Shown piece by piece: positions 17,129 to 25,564 of a stretch of 64,000 nt of DNA (position 1 is the stretch's first letter; each line of letters begins with the position of its first letter). The position numbers and the translations under genes are program-made. The DNA is from an uncultured bacterium (GTDB lineage: Bacteria; Verrucomicrobiota; Lentisphaeria; Victivallales; UBA1829), in contig URNX01000004.1 in NCBI GenBank assembly GCA_900549415.1, forward strand, positions 19,967 to 83,966, in the 5' to 3' direction. The notes beneath the pieces were generated by a model. It was not told the DNA's origin, did not search any database, and saw only the letters and a list, made by a program, of their open reading frames with translations.

Positions 17129-19274
17129 TTGTGTGGACTCCGCTTCCGAATTCGGTTTCTTTCCCGTTGAGACGGAAGACGGCGTTTGTGTTTTCCGGAA
17201 CGGAGAGCGTGTACGTGCCGTTGCGGAAAACGAGTCCGATTTCGCCGTGCGGAGTCGGAACAGCCGTTTTGAACCAGGTCAGATCGACCGGATCCGGGGC
17301 GACTGTGAACCGTTTGAATCCCGGCTCCAGCGGACGGATTCCCGCGATCCATGCCGGCAGGAGCGAACACGGACCGGCGGTCCAGCCGTGGCAGAAGCTG
17401 ATGTGGGCAAGTCTGTTGTTCTCGTGACGTTCCGCGAGTTGCGGCATGGAGTCGGAATACATTCCCTCGAACAGCGTATCGGCTCCGCAGGAGAGCAGAG
17501 TGCCCCAGCGCTGGCGGATCAGTGCGAGAGCCGCGGCGGAATCGCCTTCCTTGAACAGAGATTCGATCACTTCATAAATTCCGGTTGAATGCGAGTAGAG
17601 CGATTTCCGATCCTTCAGCGGGCTTTTTGCGAGCAGTGCGCGAACGGCGGGTTCCGTTTTCGCAATCAGCGCATCGTAACGCGCTGCGCCTTCCGCATCT
17701 CCGGCGAGTCCGCAGGCTTCGCATGAGGTTTTCAGGGCGCGGAGATAGAGACTGTTGAGGAACGGATCGATTCCGACGGAACTGTCGAGAACCACCATCC
17801 AGAGTTTCAGCGGATTCGGGGGAACGTCGATCAGACCCTCCGCATTGGCGCGCGCGGTGAGCCAGTCGGTTGCGCGGCAGAGATTCTGTTTGAGTTCGAG
17901 CAGGAATGCGGCGTCTCCGGTATACATGTAGTAATCGTGCAGGGCGATGACCCACCAGGCGTCGTAATCCCAGAGCAGGGAGGCTCCGGTTCCCCATGCG
18001 GAGCCGATCGCTCCGTTTTCATACTGACACTTTGCAAGCTCGCGCATGCTGAATTTGAAAAGTTCCGTATCGCCGAACAGATAATAGTTGTAAAGTGCTT
18101 CGGCGCGCGTGTCGCCGACCCACAGCAGACGGTCGCGCTTGATGGCGTCGAGATAATACTCCTGCATGCAGAGATGCAGTGTTTTGCGTCCGGCCTTCCA
18201 GATTCCATTCAGCGATTCGTCGGAACAGAAGAACGCGCCGCGGTAGGCAACCGGATAGACGGTGTTGCGGACATGGAATTCATCCACTTCCACTTCCGCC
18301 GGACAATGGAAGAATTCGATTCGGGCGAAGCGGAATCCGACGCGCATGCGGCTCTCCCATTCCTGCACGCCCGGCTGGAGCGAGATTGTTTCGATGAGCA
18401 TCCGGTGCAGCGGAATTTCCGGCTCCGGTTCGGCAAAGCATTCATCCAGACATTCCCCGTAATAGATGCGGAAGCGGACAACTTTTCCGGATTTGACGCG
18501 CATCCGGAAATATCCGCAGCATTCCTCGCCGAAGTCTATCGTGAATTCCGGTCCCTCGTAGCGCGCGGTCGCGGAAGCGGTGACTTTGAAGCCGTCCGCC
18601 TTGATTGCTCCGTTTTTCGCATTGAGTTCCATCAGATTGTCCGCATGGACGAATGCGGGCGGATACGCTTTTGCGCTTTCTGCGTATTCGGGTCCGATCA
18701 GTTCACTCAGCTCTGCGGAGGGCGTGAAGGATTCGGGCCGTTTCGTGTAGAACGGGGAATCGACGAATTTCGGGACTTCGGAACAGAAAAACGGCGTGTT
18801 CGGAATCGGGGAGATGACGCGTTCCGGATCATTTCCGGGGAGCGACGACCACTGCGGCATTCCGAAAATCTCCATCGGCATGACGACCGGTGCGCTCCAT
18901 GCGGAGTCGTCGTATCCGGGCAGCATCCAGCCCCAGAGTTCGGAGTCGGCGACTTTCCAGCTTTCATCGGAGCTGACGGAGTCGGTTCCGTTCAGCAGAA
19001 GTTCGAAAGCGAAGCCGCGGTGTCCGGCGGTGTTGATCGCATGAACAGCGATGACATTGCGTCCGGGGTTCAGGTACATGCGGACATTGTAGTCGCGCAT
19101 GTTGTTCCACTCATCAACGTATGCGACGAAGCGTCCGTTGAGGAACAGTTCGTATCCGGTATCGACGAAGATCCGGAGAACAGCGCTTTCCGGTTTTTCT
19201 TTGAGTTCAAAATCTTTCCGGAAGAAGGCCTCTTTTGCGCATCTTCCCCATAACTGACCGGGAGTCTTTCTCAT
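17121..19274 (-). CDS. Alpha-L-rhamnosidase-like six-hairpin glycosidase (GH78-like)
   Basis: N-terminal beta-sandwich FRKDFELKEKPESAVLRIFVDTGYELFLNG and the six-hairpin block DRLLWVGDTRAEALYNYYLFGD. Confidence 0.7.
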   Translation of the reverse strand: MRKTPGQLWGRCAKEAFFRKDFELKEKPESAVLRIFVDTGYELFLNGRFVAYVDEWNNMRDYNVRMYLNPGRNVIAVHAINTAGHRGFAFELLLNGTDSVSSDESWKVADSELWGWMLPGYDDSAWSAPVVMPMEIFGMPQWSSLPGNDPERVISPIPNTPFFCSEVPKFVDSPFYTKRPESFTPSAELSELIGPEYAESAKAYPPAFVHADNLMELNAKNGAIKADGFKVTASATARYEGPEFTIDFGEECCGYFRMRVKSGKVVRFRIYYGECLDECFAEPEPEIPLHRMLIETISLQPGVQEWESRMRVGFRFARIEFFHCPAEVEVDEFHVRNTVYPVAYRGAFFCSDESLNGIWKAGRKTLHLCMQEYYLDAIKRDRLLWVGDTRAEALYNYYLFGDTELFKFSMRELAKCQYENGAIGSAWGTGASLLWDYDAWWVIALHDYYMYTGDAAFLLELKQNLCRATDWLTARANAEGLIDVPPNPLKLWMVVLDSSVGIDPFLNSLYLRALKTSCEACGLAGDAEGAARYDALIAKTEPAVRALLAKSPLKDRKSLYSHSTGIYEVIESLFKEGDSAAALALIRQRWGTLLSCGADTLFEGMYSDSMPQLAERHENNRLAHISFCHGWTAGPCSLLPAWIAGIRPLEPGFKRFTVAPDPVDLTWFKTAVPTPHGEIGLVFRNGTYTLSVPENTNAVFRLNGKETEFGSGVHTIR

Positions 19275-19354
19275 GATTATATCCTTGTTTAGTTAAAAGT
19301 GTCCTACTCTCTTTAATGTAGTCTCTGTTCGGAAAAATGCAAGGGAAGATGGAA

Positions 19355-19390
19355 AAAAGTTGCAAAAGAGCCTGTCGCGGGGACAGGCTC
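19355..19390 (-). terminator. Rho-independent terminator after the secretin pair
   Basis: Stem gagcctgtc (19368-19376) pairs with gacaggctc (19382-19390). On the minus strand it is followed by UUUUGCAACUUUUUUCC. Confidence 0.65.
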
Positions 19391-19401
19391 CCGGCGGTGT
19401 G

Positions 19402-21054
19402 TCACTGTTTGACCGGTTTGCTTTTGGCGGGGCGTCCGGGGGCGTCGGCTGGGGCGTCCCAGTCGCATTGTGCGACAAGCACGAGTTCTGAGAATTTAGT
19501 GGAACTGGATACGCTTGAGAACAGATAGCCGAGGTACGGAATGTCCATGAGGAACGGAACGCCTGTGGCGGATTTGACAACTTCCTGTTTTTTGAGTCCG
19601 CCGATCACAAAACTGTTCTTTCCGTGCGGAAGGCTGACCTCCTGCGTCACGACGCTGTTCGCCGAGATTCTCGGTGTGCCGTTTGATTCAAAACCGAGCA
19701 GACTTGAGTTGTTCAAAGTGATTTTGAACCGTGTTTCATCCAGGTTCACGGAGGCGTTTTCGACGTTCATGGAGAAGCCGAATCCGGTGAATTTTGTGAC
19801 TTCCTGGCGGTTGCCGCGTCCGACGGGAATCTTGTCAGCGTCCTGCTCAAGTTTTCCGATCAGCATGGAGAGCAGTTCATACGGGCCGAGGTCTTTGAGC
19901 GAGTGAGAGGCTGCTGGAACGGAGGTGTCCACATAGAAAATCTGTGTTTTGCGTTCGAGGGTTGCGGGGGTATTGTTGCGGATGAGCAGTTCGCCCGTGT
20001 ACGCGACTTTTGCTTTGCCGATGCTGACGAGAAAATCAATGTAGCGTGAGTTCCATTTCGGGTTGAAATTATAGAAACTTGTCCGTTCGGAACCGGTCTG
20101 TCCGAGAGTTCCGCCGTATGCGGCCGCCCAGTTGTCGCGGTAACGTCCCCCGACGGAGAAGAGGTCAACTCCCTGATTGTTTTTCCACGCCTGGAAGTCG
20201 ATGCCCATTTTATCATCGTTTTCTCTGGTGATTTCGTAGACGGAAATTTTAAGGCGCACTTGCGGGATGGGAACATCGTAGAGCTTCAGCATTTTATCGA
20301 TGTTGGGCATGGTGTAGTTTGTGACGTCGAAGACGAGCCAGTTGAGGTCCGGATCGGCGGCGACGACATCCTGTCCCTGCCAGATTTCAGTGACGTCTGT
20401 GATGTTCATTCCGACGTTTTGGATGAGCTGCATGAGATTCCGTGCGGGTACGAATTTCGGCATATAGATGAAAGTCTGCGTTCCGCTGTTTGCACCCATT
20501 TGCGGTTTGTCGAGCAGCTTCACGAGTGTATCGAATCCCATGCCGTTTTCATGGTCTTTGAACCGGTACTCTTCGGCGCTGATGATGAGAAGCCCGGTTC
20601 CGTCGGCATATTTCAGACACTCGACGGCGGTGTTGCTTCCAAGCTGTGCGGGCGGGGCGTAGGTCGGCTGCGAGCTGACCGGTTCGGCGGAAGGTGCGCC
20701 GACGGTTGCCTGATACGGCATTGCCGCCGTGTTCATCGGGAAAATCTGCTGCATGCTGGTGTTGCCGACCCGTTTCGCCTGCACCATCTGGCGGATGTAG
20801 TCGCGGAGTTCATAGGGGGCTGCGTGTTTGAGCAGATAGCATTTTGTGACGACGCGCGGATCGTTGTTGTCCCGGATGAAATGGACAGTGTCTGTTTCAT
20901 CTTTGACATGAACGTTGAGGATAGCCTCGATCCGGGAGCTGTCGTATCCTCCGCTGTTGTTGAAGTTGGAATCGCGCGGTGTGACGGGCGGCAGATCTGC
21001 CGCATGCACGGTAATAACGGAAAGAAGAAGCGGAATGAGCAGATGTTTTTTCAT
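19402..21054 (-). CDS. Secretin-family outer-membrane channel protein, paralog 1
   Basis: Signal peptide MKKHLLIPLLLSVITVHA. The C-terminal secretin signature is IGGLKKQEVVKSATGVPFLMDIPYLGYLFSS. Confidence 0.8.
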   Translation of the reverse strand: MKKHLLIPLLLSVITVHAADLPPVTPRDSNFNNSGGYDSSRIEAILNVHVKDETDTVHFIRDNNDPRVVTKCYLLKHAAPYELRDYIRQMVQAKRVGNTSMQQIFPMNTAAMPYQATVGAPSAEPVSSQPTYAPPAQLGSNTAVECLKYADGTGLLIISAEEYRFKDHENGMGFDTLVKLLDKPQMGANSGTQTFIYMPKFVPARNLMQLIQNVGMNITDVTEIWQGQDVVAADPDLNWLVFDVTNYTMPNIDKMLKLYDVPIPQVRLKISVYEITRENDDKMGIDFQAWKNNQGVDLFSVGGRYRDNWAAAYGGTLGQTGSERTSFYNFNPKWNSRYIDFLVSIGKAKVAYTGELLIRNNTPATLERKTQIFYVDTSVPAASHSLKDLGPYELLSMLIGKLEQDADKIPVGRGNRQEVTKFTGFGFSMNVENASVNLDETRFKITLNNSSLLGFESNGTPRISANSVVTQEVSLPHGKNSFVIGGLKKQEVVKSATGVPFLMDIPYLGYLFSSVSSSTKFSELVLVAQCDWDAPADAPGRPAKSKPVKQ

Positions 21055-21066
21055 GGTTCTGACTCC

Positions 21067-22485
21067 TTATTTCAGCTTTATGAGTTTTCCGGCTTGCGGA
21101 CTCTGACGGGCGGTATCGGCCATTTCTGCTGTGACCGTCATGCAGACACGGGTTTTCTCCCGGGTTGTCGTGGTAGTGCTGAACAGGTATTTGAGAATCG
21201 GGATTTCAGACAGGAACGGAACGCCGATGGTCTGTTCAACCTCTTCGGATTTATCCCATGCCGCGAGAATTTTTTCGGTGTTCAGTTCGATGGTTGTGTT
21301 TCCGGTGAATTGGCTGGTTTCGATGAGTTCGGTTCCGTAATTGTTCCGTTCAACGGCTCCGGCGACCTGGATGTCGTATCCGAAAAAGAGAGTTCCGGGC
21401 ATCCCCGCATACTGCCCCGGCGCATAGTCCGGGATTGTGAAATCGACTTCCGTCCCTGCGTGCAGGCAGACTGTCGGGGCGAGGATTTTTAGATAGAGCT
21501 GGTTGGTGCCTTCCGGCAGTCCGGAAATGGCGCTCGGGACGACGGCGGTGTAGTCGTTGTTGGTTTTTGTGATGTTCTGGAACTGCGGGTTGAAGAGCAT
21601 GGAGTAGTTTTTCGTATCGGAATTCAGAACGGTCATATCGGCGGAATTGCGGATTTCCGCTTTGCCGTTCTGCTGAAGCAGGCGGATGAAGCTGGCGTCG
21701 AACTGCGGAGCGAAAAAGAATCCGCCGACGGGACCGGACGCTGCTTGAAGAGCCGCGGTTCCGCCCGATGTAATGCTGAAAGAATCCCATGCCGTCTGGA
21801 AGATGTTGAGTCCGGGACCGTTCTTCCATGCGAGATATTCAATGCCCATGTCGCGGAGAGTGCTTTCGCGCACTTCATAAACCTTGAAATGAAGATTGAT
21901 CTGCGGAGCCGGGCGGTCGAGCCAGGCAAGAAACTGGTACATGAATCCGGAATTGGAGGCGTTGTCCTTCCAGTAGATCTGATTGGAATTTTTGTCGTAT
22001 CCGTAGAGGGAACCGTAAGGCCCTTCGTTGATGACAGCGTTGACGGTTACGTTGATGAGATCCTGTCCGGAGCGGTACTTCGGACGATAGACGGCACGAG
22101 TGATTCCGGTTCCGCGGATAATGTCGCCGGGAACTTTGCCGTCGATTTCGACGTTGCGGTCAGCCTTTGCGATGAAGTCGTCGACGTAAGGCATCATGTG
22201 GACGGGACATGTGACCGTCAGAATCTGCTGATTGCTGTTTCCGTAGTCAATGCAGTTGACGGCGGAGTTCATGTTGTACCGTTTGACGATGCTCATGACC
22301 CACGGCATGAGGTCGTTTGCCTGTGTGTACTTGAGGATGTAGATTTTCGAGACCATGTAGTCCTGCGCGTCATCCTGGACGAACCGCAGAGTTCTGGTTC
22401 CGGACGGATTGTCTTCCGCCGCGTCGGCCGGAAATTCCCCGGCGAGCAACGGCAGAACGGAGCATAGAAGCCATGTTTTGTTCAT
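21067..22485 (-). CDS. Secretin-family outer-membrane channel protein, paralog 2
   Basis: C-terminal signature GVPFLSEIPILKYLFSTTTTT. N-terminal blocks are shared with paralog 1 (FVQDDAQDYMVSKIYILKY vs FIRDNNDPRVVTKCYLLKH). It lies 12 bp upstream of paralog 1. Confidence 0.8.
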   Translation of the reverse strand: MNKTWLLCSVLPLLAGEFPADAAEDNPSGTRTLRFVQDDAQDYMVSKIYILKYTQANDLMPWVMSIVKRYNMNSAVNCIDYGNSNQQILTVTCPVHMMPYVDDFIAKADRNVEIDGKVPGDIIRGTGITRAVYRPKYRSGQDLINVTVNAVINEGPYGSLYGYDKNSNQIYWKDNASNSGFMYQFLAWLDRPAPQINLHFKVYEVRESTLRDMGIEYLAWKNGPGLNIFQTAWDSFSITSGGTAALQAASGPVGGFFFAPQFDASFIRLLQQNGKAEIRNSADMTVLNSDTKNYSMLFNPQFQNITKTNNDYTAVVPSAISGLPEGTNQLYLKILAPTVCLHAGTEVDFTIPDYAPGQYAGMPGTLFFGYDIQVAGAVERNNYGTELIETSQFTGNTTIELNTEKILAAWDKSEEVEQTIGVPFLSEIPILKYLFSTTTTTREKTRVCMTVTAEMADTARQSPQAGKLIKLK

Positions 22486-22589
22486 AATAGAATCCCCCCT
22501 TTGATGGAGGGAAGATAATGCCGTTCCGGAGGAAAATCAAACAGGGAACGGCATGGGCGGAAACGTTTGTTTCATGGTTCCATGCGCCG

Positions 22590-22628
22590 GAAAAAGGGCA
22601 AAAAAAATCCCGGAGCAAGTCCGGGATT
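22590..22628 (-). terminator. Rho-independent terminator after the TRL lipoprotein gene
   Basis: Stem aatcccgga (22606-22614) pairs with tccgggatt (22620-22628). On the minus strand it is followed by UUUUUUUGCCCUUUUU. Confidence 0.7.
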
Positions 22629-22648
22629 CATGAAAGTGTCCTTGCGGC

Positions 22649-22966
22649 TTATTCGCCGTAGACAACGGTCTTGTAGCTGCCGTAGATGCCGAGGATGTTC
22701 AGGACTTCCTGGTTGACCCAGCCGACCTTTGTGATCTTGGCATCGCTGCAGGCCGCGTTGATGGAGGCGTCGCCGCTGGCGAAGCATCCGAACATGGTCT
22801 GGCATTTTGCCTCGCCCTTCTTGGAGTAGCGCATTTCGCCGTTGCCGACGGTAACGGGCAGTTTGACGCTGGTGTAGACGAGTCCGAGCGGGAATGAGGT
22901 TGCGCATCCCGTCAGGACAGCGAGGGACGCCAGAGAGACTGCAGTGACAATCGCTTTGATTTTCAT
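22649..22966 (-). CDS. TRL-like small lipoprotein
   Basis: Lipobox LAVLTGC. The 105-aa sequence GLVYTSVKLPV...GWVNQEVLNILGIYGSYKTVVYGE resembles the TRL family from memory. AAGGAG RBS upstream. Confidence 0.65.
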   Translation of the reverse strand: MKIKAIVTAVSLASLAVLTGCATSFPLGLVYTSVKLPVTVGNGEMRYSKKGEAKCQTMFGCFASGDASINAACSDAKITKVGWVNQEVLNILGIYGSYKTVVYGE

Positions 22967-23077
22967 GGAAAAGCTCCTTAGTTTGTTGGTTTTCTTCTAT
23001 ACACTGACAATATACAATGAATTGCCACGGAAAACAAATGGAATTCGTAAAAATCCATGAAAAAAAACTCGTGCGCA

Positions 23078-23105
23078 TTGAAAAAATGCAAATCGGCTGT
23101 AATGT
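23078..23105 (+). promoter_or_regulatory. Candidate sigma70-like promoter for the Bro-N::Fic gene
   Basis: TTGAAA (23078-23083), N16, then TAATGT (23100-23105), about 60 nt upstream of the ATG at 23165. Confidence 0.35.
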
Positions 23106-23164
23106 ATGAACGTTCAACCGCTTGCCGTTCAGGACGGCGGCTTTTCCCAGCAGGACTGATAAAG

Positions 23165-24058
23165 ATGAATCATAAAATTTCAATACGTTTCTTCAATGAT
23201 CGCGAAGTCCGCGCCGCTTGGGACGATGTGTCTGGGCAATGGATGTTTTCCGTTGTCGATATCATCGCTGTTCTGACGGAAAGCGCGAATCCGCGTAAAT
23301 ACTGGAGTGTGCTGAAGTCGCGTTTGAAAAAATCAGATTCACCGCTTGCGGAAAGCTGCATACAGCTGAAAATGACTGCGGCGGATGGGAAAAAATACTT
23401 GACAGACTGTCTGGGGCAGAAGGATATTCTTTCATTGATTGAATCGATTCCCAGCCGTTTTTCTATTCCGTTTATCCAGTGGTTGACTTACAGCGGAACC
23501 TCCATTGACGGGCAAAGCCGAACAAAAGCCTATGCGCTCTTCGAAAGCGGTCTGCTGGAAAATTTGGAACCGGGAACTGTGAAGAGTTTGCAGCAGATTC
23601 ACTCCTACCTGTTTGGCGGACTTTATGATTTTGCCGGAAAAATCCGGAATAAAAATATCAGCAAGACTGGTTTTCAATTCGCCATGGCGCAATTTCTTCC
23701 CGAAACTCTTGCTGCGATTGAGGCGATGCCTGAATCGACCTATGATGAAATTATTGATAAATACGTGGAAATGAATGTCGCTCATCCTTTCATGGAGGGA
23801 AACGGAAGGAGCACACGCATCTGGCTGGACGGTATGCTGAAACGCGGTTTGAAAAAATGTGTGGACTGGAGTCGTGTCAATAAAAATGATTATCTTGAAG
23901 CTATGCGCAGGAGTGTCGCGGACAGTTCGGAGATTAAGGCGCTGCTTCAGCCGGCTTTGACAGAGAAGATTAATGACAGGGAAATGTTTATGAAAGGAAT
24001 AGATTATTCTTATTATTACGAATCCGATGATCCGGATATGGAACCGGATGATAAATGA
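23165..24058 (+). CDS. Bro-N-like DNA-binding domain fused to a class III (NmFic-like) Fic adenylyltransferase
   Basis: The N-terminus FFNDREVRAAWDDVSGQWMFSVVDIIAVL is Bro-N-like. The Fic core is IHSYLFGGLYDFAGKIR...HPFMEGNGRSTRIWL. A C-terminal SYYYES element sits at the position of the inhibitory helix. Confidence 0.85.
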   Translation: MNHKISIRFFNDREVRAAWDDVSGQWMFSVVDIIAVLTESANPRKYWSVLKSRLKKSDSPLAESCIQLKMTAADGKKYLTDCLGQKDILSLIESIPSRFSIPFIQWLTYSGTSIDGQSRTKAYALFESGLLENLEPGTVKSLQQIHSYLFGGLYDFAGKIRNKNISKTGFQFAMAQFLPETLAAIEAMPESTYDEIIDKYVEMNVAHPFMEGNGRSTRIWLDGMLKRGLKKCVDWSRVNKNDYLEAMRRSVADSSEIKALLQPALTEKINDREMFMKGIDYSYYYESDDPDMEPDDK

Positions 24059-24078
24059 AAACGGGTGCTTTTGATATG

Positions 24079-24111
24079 ATTCAGTTGACTACAATCTGTA
24101 GTCAACTGAAT
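24079..24111. terminator. Perfect 15-bp inverted repeat between convergent fic and Cys-rich protein genes
   Basis: attcagttgactaca-atc-tgtagtcaactgaat, followed by tttt on the + strand. Confidence 0.6.
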
Positions 24112-24125
24112 TTTCTGCGGATGTT

Positions 24126-24473
24126 TTACGCGAGAAGCGCGGCATTTTCGAGGATGCGGAGTCCGGCGGCGCAGGCGGGACAGTCACACCATTTCGCGCC
24201 TTTGCTTTTGATTTCGCGGGCGTGGGCGGCAACGTTTTTCGCCGTTTCCTCTCCGAAAAGCTTGACGGCGTCCGCGGTCTCGAAAAATCCGATGACGTCG
24301 TCCACTGTACAGATGTCTTCCTTAATCTCTTTTGCAAGAGCGTCCGCGGCGGCTTTGGCGCTTGCTGTTCCGGCTGCATCGAGCCACTTCTGACCGGCGT
24401 TCTTCAGCTCCTGGCAGCAGGAGGGGGCGGCGATCATTTCTTTGACGGTTTGAGCGAGTTCCTGTTTATTCAT
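24126..24473 (-). CDS. Small Cys-rich conserved hypothetical protein (CC...C...CxCxxC)
   Basis: 115 aa from MNKQELAQ with the Cys pattern PSCCQEL, DICTV and KWCDCPAC. It overlaps the marR stop by 8 bp. Confidence 0.6.
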   Translation of the reverse strand: MNKQELAQTVKEMIAAPSCCQELKNAGQKWLDAAGTASAKAAADALAKEIKEDICTVDDVIGFFETADAVKLFGEETAKNVAAHAREIKSKGAKWCDCPACAAGLRILENAALLA

Positions 24474-24930
24474 TTTGAAACCTCCGTTCGGGTTGGTTGT
24501 TTTCATAATTCTGAACATTCCGGAGTACGCGTTCCATGTAGGATTCCAGCTGTTCTATTTCTTCTTCTGAAAAGCCTTGGCAGGTGATGCCGGTCATGGC
24601 GGCTGTTACCGCATCATACTTTTCCCGCAGTCCGAACGCCTGTTCCGTCAGAAGAATCCGGATTTTTCTCCGGTCCCCGGGATCGGCGGTCCGGCGGAGC
24701 AAATTTTTCCGTTCCATCCGGTCCAGCATCGAAGTTAATGTCGCATTGGCCAGTCCGGTCCGCTGTGCAAGCTCCTGAATGGAAATGGAATTGCTGTTCC
24801 ACAAAACATAAAGGATTCGTCCCTGCGGACCATTGAATTCATCAATGCCGTATTTGACCAGAAGACGGGTCAGGATGCGTTCCTGATACTGCTTCGTCAA
24901 TGTAATCAGCAATCCGATTTTCCGGAGCAT
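24466..24930 (-). CDS. MarR family transcriptional regulator
   Basis: wHTH block ISIQELAQRTGLANATLTSMLDRMERKNLLRRTADPGDRRKIRILLTEQ. Confidence 0.85.
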   Translation of the reverse strand: MLRKIGLLITLTKQYQERILTRLLVKYGIDEFNGPQGRILYVLWNSNSISIQELAQRTGLANATLTSMLDRMERKNLLRRTADPGDRRKIRILLTEQAFGLREKYDAVTAAMTGITCQGFSEEEIEQLESYMERVLRNVQNYENNQPERRFQNE

Positions 24931-24956
24931 TTCCGAAATTCCTTTTTTTGTTTGAT

Positions 24957-24986
24957 ATAATATATTACGATATAGTAATATTTCAA
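24957..24986 (-). promoter_or_regulatory. Candidate marR promoter with an embedded AT-rich inverted repeat (operator)
   Basis: On the minus strand there is TTGAAA (24986-24981), then TATATT or TATTAT at 16-18 nt. The inverted repeat atattac-N6-gtaatat (24962-24981) lies between the -35 and -10. Confidence 0.4.
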
Positions 24987-25057
24987 GAGCTTTCTGAAAA
25001 AATGTCTGAAAAGTTTCTTCCCTGGGGAATGGCGTGGAGAAAAGGCAAGCGGTTCGG

Positions 25058-25564
25058 TCAGACTTTCCGAGTGTCGTAGGCCCAGTGCAGGAGAGCCTGG
25101 CGCTGACGGCGCCGGCAATTCCAGTCGCCGGGGAGAGGACAGTTCCGGAGTTGTGCGAAGTGACGCACCATCATTTTCCAGCGGCGGATCTGGCGTTCGT
25201 CGTCGGGAATTCTGCGTCCGGTCCAGTATCGGCAGTACCACTGGAACCAGCCGCGCGGGTCTTCAAAATAAATCCAGCCTTTGCGCCGCCATTCGGAAAG
25301 CGGGAGCGAGGCGTTGACGCCGAAAAAATTCAAAGCCGGATTATGCCGTTCCGGGCAGAGCTTTGCGTGTTCAAACCAGTCTTCCGGGAATTCCCCGGTA
25401 CAATCGGTCATGTATTTTCCTCCGAATACGCCGAGTTGAAGCATTTGTTTCGGTGTGAGTTGCGGGCGGAACTCCGGATGAAAATTTTTGCCGGGCGGTT
25501 CTGTGCGGAAATAGAAATATTGCGACTGCATCCGGTCGGAAACAATCACTTCCCGTACTTTCAT
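25058..25564 (-). CDS. Conserved hypothetical protein (Trp/Arg-rich, no recognised domain)
   Basis: 168-aa ORF with coding-like composition. Its start forms an ATGA overlap with the lipocalin stop. Confidence 0.6.
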   Translation of the reverse strand: MKVREVIVSDRMQSQYFYFRTEPPGKNFHPEFRPQLTPKQMLQLGVFGGKYMTDCTGEFPEDWFEHAKLCPERHNPALNFFGVNASLPLSEWRRKGWIYFEDPRGWFQWYCRYWTGRRIPDDERQIRRWKMMVRHFAQLRNCPLPGDWNCRRRQRQALLHWAYDTRKV

